DNA of 33,565 bases, taken from assembly GCA_031367385.1 (NCBI GenBank), contig JANLPS010000496.1, positions 1-33,565 of the forward strand, written 5' to 3'. Under the pieces are notes generated by a model. That model did no database searches. It was not told the origin of the DNA and saw nothing but the letters and a program-made list of their open reading frames with translations. The DNA comes from Archangium sp. (GTDB lineage: Bacteria > Myxococcota > Myxococcia > Myxococcales > Myxococcaceae). Both the position numbers and the translations under genes were made by a program. Below, one piece after another: positions 1 through 9,903 of this stretch; position 1 is the stretch's first letter; every line of letters starts with the position of its first letter.

Positions 1-1
1 C

Positions 2-904
2 AAGATCGTCTACCGCGCCGGTGGAGCGGCCCCGAAGCCCGTCGCGAACAAGAGCGAACAGAAGACCGACGAAAAGGGCGAGCTGAGCCTCGCGACGACG
101 CTCCAGAAGATCATCCCGGTGCGAATCGACCGCGTTGAGGTGCGCGACAGCGAGCTCAGCTACATCGACGGTCACGGCGCGGGGGCCCCGAATATGTGGG
201 TCAACGACATTGAGCTGGTGATCGAGAACATCGTCACCCGCAAGAACCTCGACAACGACGTGCCGATGGCCATCACGATGAGGGCGGTTGCCGCCAAGAC
301 CGCGATCGTCAAGCTGATCGCCACTGCCGACCTCCTCGTTGATCCTCCGGCGTTCACGGGCCAGGCGCAGCTGAGCGGGCTCGAGCTCGAATCACTCTAC
401 GAGTGGACGCAGGCCAAAGCGGGCATCTCGGCCTCGGGCACCGCCGATGTGTTCGCGAACTTCAACTCGGCGAACAACAAGCTGAGCGGCGACGTGAAGG
501 TCATTCTGCGCAATGCCAAGGTGAAGCCGGCGAGCGCAAACCTCGGCGAAGCCCTGAAGGCGAAGCTGGCGAACGCGGCGATCACCATTCTCTCTGACCG
601 GGTTGAAGGCCGCGACGCGATCGCGACCACGTTGCCGATCAAGGGCACGCTCGATGCGCCCGACCCTCAGATCTGGCCGACCATTCTCGGCGTGGTGCGC
701 AACGCCTTCGTGCAGGGGCTCGATTGGGGCTTCAGTGATCTGCCGACGCCGACGTCAGAGAAAAAAGAAGGTGTGTTGGGGCAAGCAGCCAACGCGCTCG
801 ACAAGAACCAAGAGGCGCCAAAGGCGCAGCCGAACCCCAAGGGCGCAGCGCCACCGACCAAACCGCCCAGCCCTGAAGACAAGAAAGCCGCGGAGAAAAA
901 ATGA
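2..904 (+). CDS. DUF748/AsmA-like protein, 5' truncated by window edge
   Basis: Frame open from position 2 (KIVYRAGG...) through the listed 119..904 ORF; C-terminal 'LPIKGTLDAP...WPTILGVVRNAFVQGL' pattern typical of DUF748 proteins; Pro/Lys-rich tail. Confidence 0.7.
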   Translation, partial: KIVYRAGGAAPKPVANKSEQKTDEKGELSLATTLQKIIPVRIDRVEVRDSELSYIDGHGAGAPNMWVNDIELVIENIVTRKNLDNDVPMAITMRAVAAKTAIVKLIATADLLVDPPAFTGQAQLSGLELESLYEWTQAKAGISASGTADVFANFNSANNKLSGDVKVILRNAKVKPASANLGEALKAKLANAAITILSDRVEGRDAIATTLPIKGTLDAPDPQIWPTILGVVRNAFVQGLDWGFSDLPTPTSEKKEGVLGQAANALDKNQEAPKAQPNPKGAAPPTKPPSPEDKKAAEKK

Positions 905-1377
905 GAGCGCTTGCACTGTTCGCAGCATGTCTCGGGCTGGCGACGGCCTCCTGTATTCATACGCGGGAGACCAAGAGCCAAGAAGAGGCCAAGGCAGACG
1001 GCAAGACCGAGGCGAAGAACGACGACGCCAAGAAAGACCCGGAGGCGAAGAAAGACGCCAAAGGGGCCGATGGGCCGGCGAAGCCGAAGGCGGCGCCTGT
1101 TCGCTCTGAGACGATCGAGACCTCGAGAACCACCAAGCAGATGTTCAAGCCCGAGGGGCTCAAGAAACTGCAGGTCGCGCTCGCGGCGAAGTCGACCGGG
1201 GTCGACGAGAACGGCCAACTCGACGCCAAGACCCAGGAGTCATTGCGCGCGTACCAGAAAGACAAAGGGCTCCCAGCGACAGGGCTGCCCGACTACGAGA
1301 CCCTGCGAAAATTGGGTCTCAAGCCTGACGACGTCTTTCAGAAAGACACGCCTGGTGAACGAAACGGCGTGCAGTAG
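901..1377 (+). CDS. lipoprotein with C-terminal peptidoglycan-binding (PG_binding_1) domain
   Basis: Signal peptide with lipobox-like ATAS-C; charged linker; 'LQVAL...G.LDAKTQESLRAYQKDKGLPATGLPD..TL..L' PG-binding motif; ATGA overlap with upstream stop. Confidence 0.85.
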   Translation: MRALALFAACLGLATASCIHTRETKSQEEAKADGKTEAKNDDAKKDPEAKKDAKGADGPAKPKAAPVRSETIETSRTTKQMFKPEGLKKLQVALAAKSTGVDENGQLDAKTQESLRAYQKDKGLPATGLPDYETLRKLGLKPDDVFQKDTPGERNGVQ

Positions 1378-1386
1378 GCTTCACGC

Positions 1387-2304
1387 GTGCCTGAGTACCC
1401 CGACCTCGAGGTGTACCTCGACTCTCTGAAACCGCGCATCGTGGGCAAGCCGCTGCAGCGAGTTCGGCTCGGCAGCCCCTTCGTGCTGCGCACCGTCGAG
1501 CCTCCGTTGGTGACCTTCAACGGGCGCACGGTCGAAGGCCTGCGGCGGCTGGGCAAACGGCTCATTTTCGAGCTCACCGGTGAATACTTCATCGTCATTC
1601 ACTTGATGATCGCCGGGCGCCTGCAGTGGAAAGACGCGGTCGGCGCGAAGTTGCCGGGGAAAGCGGGGTTGGCGGCCTTCGATTTCGAGAATGGCACGCT
1701 GATCTTCACCGAGGTGAGCACCAAGAAGCGCGCGTCGATTCACCTCGCCCAGGGCGAGCCCGCGCTCAAGACGTACGACCGCGGAGGCCTCGAGGTGATG
1801 ACCGCGCACCTCGACCAGTTCGCCGAACGGCTGCGCGTCGAGAACCACACGCTGAAGCGATCGCTGACCGACCCACGGCTCTTCGCCGCCATCGGCAATG
1901 CCTACTCTGACGAAATCTTGCACCGCGCCAAGCTCTCGCCGGTCAAGCAAACCAAGACCATGACCGGTGAAGAAATCGGCAGGCTCTTCGAGGCCACGCG
2001 AGACACCCTTCTGGTGTGGACCAAGCGGCTTCGAGACGAAGTGGGCGACGGGTGGCCCGAAAAAGTGACCGCGTTTCGGCCCGAGATGGCGGTGCACGGC
2101 AAGTACAAACAGCCCTGCCCGGTGTGCGGCGCGCTCGTGCAGCACATCGTTCATGCTGAAAACGAGACGAACTACTGCCCTCGGTGCCAGACCGGAGGCA
2201 AGCTTCTGGCCGACCGGTCGCTCTCGCGGCTGCTGAAAGAAGACTGGCCCAAGACCCTCGACGAGCTTGAGGAATATGTGGCCTCGCGTGGGGCCCCACG
2301 GTAA
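1387..2304 (+). CDS. Fpg/Nei family DNA glycosylase/AP lyase
   Basis: N-terminal MPE.P catalytic motif, 'R.GK.L', 'HLMIAG', H2TH 'IGNAYSDEIL', C4 zinc finger CPVC...YCPRCQ. Confidence 0.93.
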   Translation: MPEYPDLEVYLDSLKPRIVGKPLQRVRLGSPFVLRTVEPPLVTFNGRTVEGLRRLGKRLIFELTGEYFIVIHLMIAGRLQWKDAVGAKLPGKAGLAAFDFENGTLIFTEVSTKKRASIHLAQGEPALKTYDRGGLEVMTAHLDQFAERLRVENHTLKRSLTDPRLFAAIGNAYSDEILHRAKLSPVKQTKTMTGEEIGRLFEATRDTLLVWTKRLRDEVGDGWPEKVTAFRPEMAVHGKYKQPCPVCGALVQHIVHAENETNYCPRCQTGGKLLADRSLSRLLKEDWPKTLDELEEYVASRGAPR

Positions 2305-2318
2305 AAACCGAAGCCTCA

Positions 2319-3926
2319 ATGCGCACGATTCTTCGTCGGGGAACGGTGGTGGCGGTTCTCGCGGGTCTGTTGGCGACGACGGCATTCGCGCAGGGCACGA
2401 CGCTGTGGTTGGTGCGCCCCTTGTACCCGGGCCAAGAAGCCCTGGTCGAGCGCACCGAGAAGGCCCTCGACAAGTTGATGCCGGGAGAAGCGCGCAAAGA
2501 GGCCGTGATCGGGGTCAAAGAGCTCGCTGCGACGCTGAAGGGCCGCAAGGCCGATGACCTGCCGTGCTTCACCGCCGACAGCCGCTGCGCTGACCCGATT
2601 GACCCCTTCGTTGCAGGGCTGGGCTTCGACCGGGTGGTGTTGGTGCAGGGCGGCCAAGACGAGGTGGGCGTGAAGTTCAGGGTCGCGGCGTACGAGCCCA
2701 AGACCGGCAAGACGACCTCCGCCACCTCGACCAACGCGGTGCTCGAGAAGGCCCTGCTCGGAGCCGTCGCCAAGGTCGTACCCGTTGCCTCGACGCTCGA
2801 GGTGAAGAGCACGCCGCCCGGCGCGATGGTGTTCGTCGATGACGTCAAGGTCGGCGTCACGCCACTGACGACGCAGGTGCTGCCCGGCGAGCGCATCGTT
2901 CGCGTCGACTTGAAGCTGCACCAGCCGCTCGAAGAGGCGATCATCATCCCCATTCGGGGTACGGCGACACTCGACAAGACGCTCGAGAAAGTGGCCGCGC
3001 GCATCGTGATCACGGCTTCTCCCACGGGCACCAACATCGCCATCGACGGCGCAGTGCTCGGCAAAGACAAGGTCGACCGGGGCATCACACCCGGCACGCA
3101 CACCATTCGGCTCACCGCAGAAAATCACCGCGACTACGAGCAGCAGATCACCGTCAAGGCCGAGGAGCAGTTCTCGCTCGACAAGACCCTCGAGCCAGTG
3201 GCCGGGTTGGCGCACGGCGTGGCCAAAGACGGCACGCTGATCTTCGATCGCCCCGTTGCTCCGCCGCCTGCGACGGGGGTCGAAGCGATCTACGAGCGAA
3301 AGGCGTATTTTCAGGCCTCGTACGAGTACAGCTCGATTCTGGGCAACACCCTCGTCGGCCGTCGCTGGGGCAACAGCGGCACCGGGCGCACCACTGCGTT
3401 CAGCACGCCGTCACGGTTGTTGATGGGCGTCGGCGCGGAGTACGGCATCTTCGGGCGCTACTTCGGCGTGACCGTTATCGGCTTGAGTTATTTGACCAAC
3501 GTCGAGCGAATGGCGCTGGGCGTCGGGTACACCGCCGACCAGGGGCGCGAGGTCAGCTCCGGGGTGATTGGTCCTGCAACCCTCGACCCGGTGCGCGTGC
3601 ACCTCGTCACGATTCGCGCGATTCAACCGCAATTTCGATTCGCGTTCTGGAAGGTGATGCTCTCGATTCAGCTGGGCCTGGAGTTTCGCACCGGGCAAAT
3701 CTTGGGCACCAGCGACACGTTCTACAAAGACGGCTTCATGCTGCTCGACCTGCTCGCCTCGGCACGCTTGAACGCGCGCGTCTTCGTCTACGACGGGCTT
3801 TACTTCTTCGGCTCGGGCAATTTCACGTACCTCATCGCTGGGCAAACCGCGACCGACGAGAGCGGCGCAAACTACGCCGGCAAGCACCAGTGGGGCTTCA
3901 ATGTGGGGGTCGGCTATGCATTCTAA
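2319..3926 (+). CDS. secreted PEGA-domain protein with probable C-terminal outer-membrane beta-barrel
   Basis: Signal peptide ending AFA; two PEGA repeats ('STPPGAMVFVDDVKVGVTP', 'SPTGTNIAIDG...PGTHTIRL'); alternating beta strands ending 'FNVGVGYAF' (beta-signal-like terminal Phe). Confidence 0.8.
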   Translation: MRTILRRGTVVAVLAGLLATTAFAQGTTLWLVRPLYPGQEALVERTEKALDKLMPGEARKEAVIGVKELAATLKGRKADDLPCFTADSRCADPIDPFVAGLGFDRVVLVQGGQDEVGVKFRVAAYEPKTGKTTSATSTNAVLEKALLGAVAKVVPVASTLEVKSTPPGAMVFVDDVKVGVTPLTTQVLPGERIVRVDLKLHQPLEEAIIIPIRGTATLDKTLEKVAARIVITASPTGTNIAIDGAVLGKDKVDRGITPGTHTIRLTAENHRDYEQQITVKAEEQFSLDKTLEPVAGLAHGVAKDGTLIFDRPVAPPPATGVEAIYERKAYFQASYEYSSILGNTLVGRRWGNSGTGRTTAFSTPSRLLMGVGAEYGIFGRYFGVTVIGLSYLTNVERMALGVGYTADQGREVSSGVIGPATLDPVRVHLVTIRAIQPQFRFAFWKVMLSIQLGLEFRTGQILGTSDTFYKDGFMLLDLLASARLNARVFVYDGLYFFGSGNFTYLIAGQTATDESGANYAGKHQWGFNVGVGYAF

Positions 3927-4881
3927 GTGCGTGATGCTGGCGGTGCTCTGCTCCGCGACGGTGATGGCTGAGCCGCTGGTGGGCCCGAACGTCGGCAATG
4001 CCGACACCTTGGTCTCCGAGGGCAGCAAGCTCTTCAACCAGAAGAAGTACGCCAAAGCGTCTGACAACTTCTTGAAGGCCACCCGGGCCAACCCGTCGAC
4101 GCTCGCCACCTATGTGCAGCTCGCGCGAGCCGCGACGTTGGCGAAGCAGCTCACCCGGGCTTGCTATGCGTACCGCGTGTATTTGAAGAACACGCCCGAC
4201 ACCCCTGAGCGAAAGAAGGCCGCCGCCGAGAGCGATCAATGCGAGCGGCAGCTCAAGACCACCAAGGGGCAGGCGCCTGATCTGACCCAGAAATACGTCG
4301 AAGAGCGCGCAGAATTTTTTGCCTCGCTCGAGAAGGGCGAGCTGCTCAAAGCCGGAGGCGCCGCGGAGTCGCTGCGGACCTTGGTGAATGACGGGTACCT
4401 CGGCCCCGACCTCGCCGACATGGCGTCGAAGCTGGGCACCGCGGTGTTGGCTGACGCCGACGCGATTCAACGCCGGGCCTTGGCGCTCGAGAAGCAGTCT
4501 CCCGAGGTGCTGCGGTCTGCGCGCCCAATGTACGTGGTCGCCGCTGATGTGGGTGTTACGCCCGCCGACTCGAAGGCCCGCATGGCTTTTCTCGACGGGT
4601 TGGCCGAGCTTGGCGAAAAAGACTACCGCAAGGCCGAGCAGCTCTTTGCTGAGGCGCACAAGGCCGACCCCAGCAACCGCGAGTACTCGTTCTACGAGGG
4701 GCTGACCCTGTATCAGGCTGGCGAGCACGCCAAGGCGCTCAAGCTGCTCGACGCCGAGCTCAAAGACGACCCGCGCACTGGTGTGTTGCGCGTGGCCCAG
4801 GCTCTCGGCAATTCTCCCGATACGGGCGCGGCAGAGCTCGAGAAGCTGCTGTTCTCAACGCGCTACCCGCCAGAGAAGTAA
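3916..4881 (+). CDS. exported TPR-repeat protein
   Basis: ATG at 3916 overlapping the upstream gene; signal-like N-terminus; TPR-type helices ('GSKLFNQKKYAKA', 'GLAELGEKDYRKAEQLFAEAHKADP'). Confidence 0.78.
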   Translation: MHSKCVMLAVLCSATVMAEPLVGPNVGNADTLVSEGSKLFNQKKYAKASDNFLKATRANPSTLATYVQLARAATLAKQLTRACYAYRVYLKNTPDTPERKKAAAESDQCERQLKTTKGQAPDLTQKYVEERAEFFASLEKGELLKAGGAAESLRTLVNDGYLGPDLADMASKLGTAVLADADAIQRRALALEKQSPEVLRSARPMYVVAADVGVTPADSKARMAFLDGLAELGEKDYRKAEQLFAEAHKADPSNREYSFYEGLTLYQAGEHAKALKLLDAELKDDPRTGVLRVAQALGNSPDTGAAELEKLLFSTRYPPEK

Positions 4882-4902
4882 GCGCTCGAACCGGAGAGTT
4901 TC

Positions 4903-6642
4903 TTGGCCGTTTTCATCTGTCAGGTATGCGGAGCGGAACACTCCGTCGAGAGCGGCAAGTGCCCCGAGTGCGGGGCCACGCAGACCATTCGGCTGCGGGC
5001 GGTGACCGATCGAATGATCGACAAGGTCATCAAGGACAAATACAAAATCATTCGCAAGCTGGGGCAGGGCGGCATGGGCGCCGTCTACCTGGCTGAGCAA
5101 GTCGGCATCGGGCACCGGGTCGCGCTCAAGTTCTTGAAGTCTGAGTTCTCGTCAGACGCCGAAATTGCCCGCCGCTTCTTGAACGAGGCCAAGTCGTACG
5201 CGCGCGTGGCGCACCCCAACGCGGTCACGCTGCACGACTTCGGGCAAGACGAAGACGGCAACCTCTTCATCGCGATGGAGTACTGCGAAGGGGTCGACCT
5301 CAAGAAGGTGATCTCGGAGCAAAAGCAGCTGCCCATCGCCGAGGCGATTGAGGTCGTGTTGCAGGTCGCTGACGTGCTCGCGAACGCCCATGAAAAAGGG
5401 GTCATTCACCGCGACCTGAAGCCTGAAAACATCATGATTCGCCGAGGCATGCGCGGCATTCACGCCAAGGTGCTCGACTTCGGCATCGCCCGCTTGATGG
5501 ACGCAGGCACCCGCCTCACGGTCGCGGGGGCCATCGCCGGTACGCCTCGGTACATGTCTCCTGAACAGGTCGAGGGCCGCGAGGCCGACCTTCGAGCCGA
5601 TATTTATTCGCTGGGCATCGTGCTCTACGAGACGCTGACCGGGGTGCAGCCCTTTGACGGCAACACCATCGCCGAGATTTTGCGGCGCCAGGTGGCCGAG
5701 CCGATGCCGAGACTGGCCGAGGCCAACCCCGACTTAGACTTCGCCGCGCTCGACGCCGTGATTCAAAAAGCCACCGCGAAGAAACGCGAAGAGCGGTGGC
5801 CCGACATGCTGACCTTCGCCGACGCGCTCTCACAGGCGTTGCCGACGCAGGCGCACCTGGCGATACCGCCGCTGCAACGCACCGGCATGTCGCGGGTCAA
5901 CGCGACGCCCAGCCCGGGCTCGGCGACCAACTCGTCGGGTATGGCCTTGCCAGGCAACCCCATCACCGAGCTCGAGCTCAATGGGCAGACGATGCTCAAG
6001 GGGTCGACTCCGGGAGTGACCGGGGGCTCGCCGTCGACGTTGCAATTTGGCATGGGCACGCAGCTCGATGGCCGGCCGGTTCAGCTCGATGCGTCGATTG
6101 CGCCGGTGGCACCCAAGTCGAGCACGCCGATGATCGCGTTGGTCGCGGTGGCGGTCACGGTGATTGGCGCGGGGGTGTGGTTCTTCGCGCGGTCGCCGCC
6201 GGCCAATCTGGTCGAGCCCACGCCCGTGCTGATCGAAAAGAAAGACCCAGTCGAGCCGCCGCCGCTGGTCGTCGTGAAGAGCAACGAAGACTCGATGAAG
6301 GTCGCGACCGAGGCCTCTCGGCTCATTCAAGAGACCGCCGCTCGCACCGCGCTTGCCGCGGGGCGCACCTCATTCGAGATCGCTCGGCTCGATGAGGCCG
6401 AAACGAACTTGCGCAGCGTGCCGCAAGACACGCCGGCGTTCGAAGAGGCGCAGCAGATTCTGGGCAAGATCGGCCAGATTCGGGAGTTTCTCGGCAAGGC
6501 GAATGCCTATCGCCAGCAGGGCGCCTGCCCAAGCGCGCTGCCGTGGTACCAGAAGGTGTTGAATATCAACCCAAAGATCAGCGACGCGATCAATGGCGCC
6601 AGCCAGTGCCACGAGGGCACCGTCGGTACGAAGATGGAATGA
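4903..6642 (+). CDS. membrane-anchored Hanks-type Ser/Thr protein kinase with N-terminal zinc ribbon
   Basis: CxxC-CxxC N-terminus; GQGGMG, VALK, HRDLKPEN, DFG, GTPRYMSPEQ motifs; TM 'MIALVAVAVTVIGAGVWFF'; TPR-like extracytoplasmic C-terminus; TTG start after GGAG. Confidence 0.93.
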   Translation: MAVFICQVCGAEHSVESGKCPECGATQTIRLRAVTDRMIDKVIKDKYKIIRKLGQGGMGAVYLAEQVGIGHRVALKFLKSEFSSDAEIARRFLNEAKSYARVAHPNAVTLHDFGQDEDGNLFIAMEYCEGVDLKKVISEQKQLPIAEAIEVVLQVADVLANAHEKGVIHRDLKPENIMIRRGMRGIHAKVLDFGIARLMDAGTRLTVAGAIAGTPRYMSPEQVEGREADLRADIYSLGIVLYETLTGVQPFDGNTIAEILRRQVAEPMPRLAEANPDLDFAALDAVIQKATAKKREERWPDMLTFADALSQALPTQAHLAIPPLQRTGMSRVNATPSPGSATNSSGMALPGNPITELELNGQTMLKGSTPGVTGGSPSTLQFGMGTQLDGRPVQLDASIAPVAPKSSTPMIALVAVAVTVIGAGVWFFARSPPANLVEPTPVLIEKKDPVEPPPLVVVKSNEDSMKVATEASRLIQETAARTALAAGRTSFEIARLDEAETNLRSVPQDTPAFEEAQQILGKIGQIREFLGKANAYRQQGACPSALPWYQKVLNINPKISDAINGASQCHEGTVGTKME

Positions 6643-7547
6643 AGAAGCCGGCCATCTCGCCTGGTGGCCCTCTGAGCCGATTCATCGTTGGGTCGATGCT
6701 GCGAATCATTCGCGCTTTACCAGAGCGTGTGCGCAGCTTTCTGGCGCTTGCGGTCGCTTGGGTCGCGTGGGCGATCGGCATTCGCCGCGCGGTCGCGTTG
6801 GACAATTTGCGCCACGCTTTCCCCGAGAAGACCGAGGCTGAGCGGCGAGCCATTGCCCGCGGCACCTACCGAAATCTGGCCCTCGCGGCGCTGGAGTCGG
6901 TCACCTCTGATCTCCTCACCGACGCGCAAGTGCGCGAGCGGGTCGAGCTGCCTGACTGGCGTGGCCTCGACGCGTTGCTCGCGGCCAAGCAACCGGTGCT
7001 GGTGGCTTCGGCGCACTTCGGCAGCTGGGAGCTGTTCGCCGAGCTGATGACCCGTCGAGGCTTCGCGTTGAGCGCGGTGGTGCGGCCGCTGACCGGTGCC
7101 TTCAACGAGTGGGTCGTGCGAAACCGTCAGCTCGCGGGGCTCGAGCTGATTCTGCAGCGTGGCGCGTTGGGTGAAATGCTCAAGGCCCTCAAGCGGGGCC
7201 GCCCGGTGGTGCAGCTGGTCGATCAAGTGCTGCCCGCGAAAGACGGCGTGTTCGTCGACTTCTTCGGCCGCCCGGCCTCGACCACCCCGGCCCTCTCAAT
7301 GGCCGCGATTCGCTCGAAGGCGCCGGTGTACCTGGTGTTGGCCGCGCGCGAAGGGGCCAAGCTGCGCATGATCGTCGAGGGGCCGTTCGCGGTACCCAAC
7401 ACCGGAGATCGCCGGGCCGACCTGACTGCTCACATCGCGCTCATCACCGCGAAGATCGAAGCGGTGATTCGCGAATACCCGGCCCAGTGGCTCTGGCTCC
7501 ACCGAAGGTGGAAGGTGCAGCCCCAGGCGCCCGGCCCGACGCCCTAG
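6639..7547 (+). CDS. lipid A biosynthesis (LpxL/HtrB-family) acyltransferase
   Basis: HFGSWE (H-x4-E), 'LVDQ', 'VDFFGRPA', 'QWLWLHRRWK' motifs; ATG at 6639 overlaps kinase stop (ATGA), preferred over 6543. Confidence 0.9.
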   Translation: MKKPAISPGGPLSRFIVGSMLRIIRALPERVRSFLALAVAWVAWAIGIRRAVALDNLRHAFPEKTEAERRAIARGTYRNLALAALESVTSDLLTDAQVRERVELPDWRGLDALLAAKQPVLVASAHFGSWELFAELMTRRGFALSAVVRPLTGAFNEWVVRNRQLAGLELILQRGALGEMLKALKRGRPVVQLVDQVLPAKDGVFVDFFGRPASTTPALSMAAIRSKAPVYLVLAAREGAKLRMIVEGPFAVPNTGDRRADLTAHIALITAKIEAVIREYPAQWLWLHRRWKVQPQAPGPTP

Positions 7548-9121
7548 ATGCTCACCCGCAGCAACACGCCGGCCTGCACCAACGCCGGGTAGCGCAGCGA
7601 GCTCAGGTTGGTTCGCACCGCCGCGCCAGAGCCCACCTGCTGCGCCTCAGAGACGTTGGCGATGTCGTTGATCACCTGCGGCGTCAGTTTGAATCGCAGC
7701 TGCCCACCGGTCTGGCCGTAGAACACCGAGCCGAAGACCTGCACGGTCAAATAGGTGAGCACGCGAAAGCTGAGGTCGAGCCGGGTGAGTGCCGCGGGGT
7801 CATTCAAAATGATGATGTTGCTCAGGTTAATCGTGATCCACGTAAACTGGGGGATGCCGGGGAGCGTGAGCGAGACCCCGATGTTGTGCTGGCCTCCGTA
7901 GAGCGAGACCTGCTGAATCGGGTCTGGGCGTTGCCCGATGAGCGAGGGCATGAACGTCTGCACCTGGTACTCGATGGGCGTGCTGTAGCCGGCCGGGTTG
8001 TAGAAGTACTCGACCCCCAGAATGCCCATGTTCTTGTCGGTGTAGTTGAACTGCCACGACACGCCGCCGGAGACCTGCACGAAGAACCCCGTGGGCCGGT
8101 AGGGCTCGATGTCGCCGACCCGAGACAAGAAGTTGTCGGCGGTCAAGTCTGACGGAGTCTTAAATTTCAAGAAGTCGGCCGCGCTGCGAAAAGCAGCCTC
8201 GGCATAGACGTCGATCGGGCCCAGCGAGGTCGAGATGTCGGCCGCGTAACGCGGGCGCCGCCCCTTTTGCCAGACGCCGCTCACCGTGAGCTCTGCTGGG
8301 CCGAGCACGAACTCGCCACGCAACGCGCCGCCGAGCTGATCGAGCGCCTCACCGGTCGAGGTCAGGTTGATGCCATCGAGTAAAGCGTAGGCGTAGAAAT
8401 TCCACCCGAGTGATTCGATCGGCACGTGGGCTTTGATCATGTTGACGCCGAGCCGAACGTCGAACGGGTTGAGCGCGTCGCGCGGCTGTGAGTTGAGAAA
8501 GTCGGTCGGGTACCAGATGCGCGAGACCCCCCAGCGCACCTTCTGGCGGCCCACGGTCATGTAGACCTTTCTCATGATGTCGAAGCGCAGCCAGAGCTGG
8601 TCGAGAAAGACGCTCGGGTTCGCGCTGGTCGCCGGGGTCAAGCCGACGAGTGAGCTGCCGGTGCTGCTACTCGTGGTGGTCGACGAGGTCGAGGTGCTGG
8701 TGTTACCCAAAGGCCGGGTCGGGTCGAACTGCAGCCGCGCCACCGCGAACGCGCGCACCCGATCATTCGGCCGCCCGTCGATGAACGCGTCGAGAATGAA
8801 CGGAGTCGTGAGCGAGCCCTTCTCGAACGCCTTGCCTTCTTGCCAGAAGAACTGCGCCGAGAGCAGCAGGCTGGCCCCGACCTTGAGCGGGTCGGTCTTG
8901 ATCTCATCGGTCTCGAACTTGTTTTGAATCGGGCCGCTGCTCAGCTGCTCGTTGTCTTGCGCCGAGCCACCGAAGCCTCCGTCAGCGTCAGGCAGCGGCG
9001 CGGTGTTGAGCAACACGGTGCCCGCATCGGCCGCCACCTCGGTCGGAGTGCCGAACATGTCGGCTTCGTCGGGCCGTGACTGTGCCAGCACCAACGCCGC
9101 GACCGCCGCCGCGAAGATCAT
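7544..9121 (-). CDS. putative outer-membrane beta-barrel protein associated with the ABC system
   Basis: Signal peptide; 'LDQLWL...VGRQKVRWG...PTDFLN' pattern and many amphipathic strands; last gene of the ABC operon. Confidence 0.65.
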   Translation of the reverse strand: MIFAAAVAALVLAQSRPDEADMFGTPTEVAADAGTVLLNTAPLPDADGGFGGSAQDNEQLSSGPIQNKFETDEIKTDPLKVGASLLLSAQFFWQEGKAFEKGSLTTPFILDAFIDGRPNDRVRAFAVARLQFDPTRPLGNTSTSTSSTTTSSSTGSSLVGLTPATSANPSVFLDQLWLRFDIMRKVYMTVGRQKVRWGVSRIWYPTDFLNSQPRDALNPFDVRLGVNMIKAHVPIESLGWNFYAYALLDGINLTSTGEALDQLGGALRGEFVLGPAELTVSGVWQKGRRPRYAADISTSLGPIDVYAEAAFRSAADFLKFKTPSDLTADNFLSRVGDIEPYRPTGFFVQVSGGVSWQFNYTDKNMGILGVEYFYNPAGYSTPIEYQVQTFMPSLIGQRPDPIQQVSLYGGQHNIGVSLTLPGIPQFTWITINLSNIIILNDPAALTRLDLSFRVLTYLTVQVFGSVFYGQTGGQLRFKLTPQVINDIANVSEAQQVGSGAAVRTNLSSLRYPALVQAGVLLRVSI

Positions 9122-9900
9122 CGGCTCTTGCTCTCGAGCCAGGCCTTGGTGAACATGTTCGACTCGAGGTTGTTCAGGTCGACCGACTTGAAGAGCACCA
9201 GCGTCGAGTTGGCCTTTTCGATCTCGTCGAAGATTCGAATCTCACCGGGGAACCAGACGTCAGACTTCTTCGACTGCGAAAAGAGCTTCTGCCACTTGGG
9301 GTAGTACGCGGTGCGGGCCAGCTTGCCCGAGGCCGCAAACTCCTGGCGCTTGAGAATGTTGCGGCTGTCTTTGTCGACCCACATTTGAATGACGGGGTAG
9401 GCCACGTCGACGCCCGGCTTCACGTCGAGCTCGAGCTTGTAGGTCTCGAACTTACCGAGCTTTTCGTCGCCCAGAAACTTGGGCTCGAACTCCTCGGCCA
9501 GGCGCGATTCATCGAAATCGCTGCGCCGCGAGTTGGTGCCGCCGATTCGCTCGCGCTCGGTCGCGCGGTCCCACTTGCCGGTGGTGGGGTCGTACGACCA
9601 CAGGTTCTTGTCGAGCCGCAAGTACCCTTTGCCCTCTTCGCTCTTGGGCTTGGTGAACAGCAGCATCAGCTTGTCGTCTTGATCTCGGCGAAAGATCAGC
9701 AGCTCGCGAACGATGTCTGCCTTCTCTTTTTCTTTTTGCTCGATGTAGGCGAGCGCCTTGTAGTCACCGCCGTTGCGCTGCCGGTCGTCGATGGTCTGTA
9801 GCAGCTTGACCATCTCTTCTTTGGTCGGAGCATCGGCCCAGGCCCCCGCCGATGTGAGCACCGAAACCGCGACCACCACTGCCGAAATCATTCGTCGCAT
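9118..9900 (-). CDS. outer membrane lipoprotein-sorting protein (LolA-like)
   Basis: Signal peptide (AWA); 'LLFTKP...GKGYL...NLWSYDP...GGT..RRSDF', terminal 'FTKAWLE' pattern of the LolA-like family. Confidence 0.85.
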   Translation of the reverse strand: MRRMISAVVVAVSVLTSAGAWADAPTKEEMVKLLQTIDDRQRNGGDYKALAYIEQKEKEKADIVRELLIFRRDQDDKLMLLFTKPKSEEGKGYLRLDKNLWSYDPTTGKWDRATERERIGGTNSRRSDFDESRLAEEFEPKFLGDEKLGKFETYKLELDVKPGVDVAYPVIQMWVDKDSRNILKRQEFAASGKLARTAYYPKWQKLFSQSKKSDVWFPGEIRIFDEIEKANSTLVLFKSVDLNNLESNMFTKAWLESKSR

Positions 9901-9903
9901 CGC

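Noticed and set aside
1387..2304. Calling the glycosylase mutM or part of a defence system
   Set aside because: Family is clear but orthology to canonical MutM cannot be established by eye; no defence or mobile-element context
8655..8710. Ser/Thr low-complexity run in the OM protein as a tandem repeat or phase-variation tract
   Set aside because: Codons are heterogeneous with no exact nucleotide repeat; probably a flexible loop
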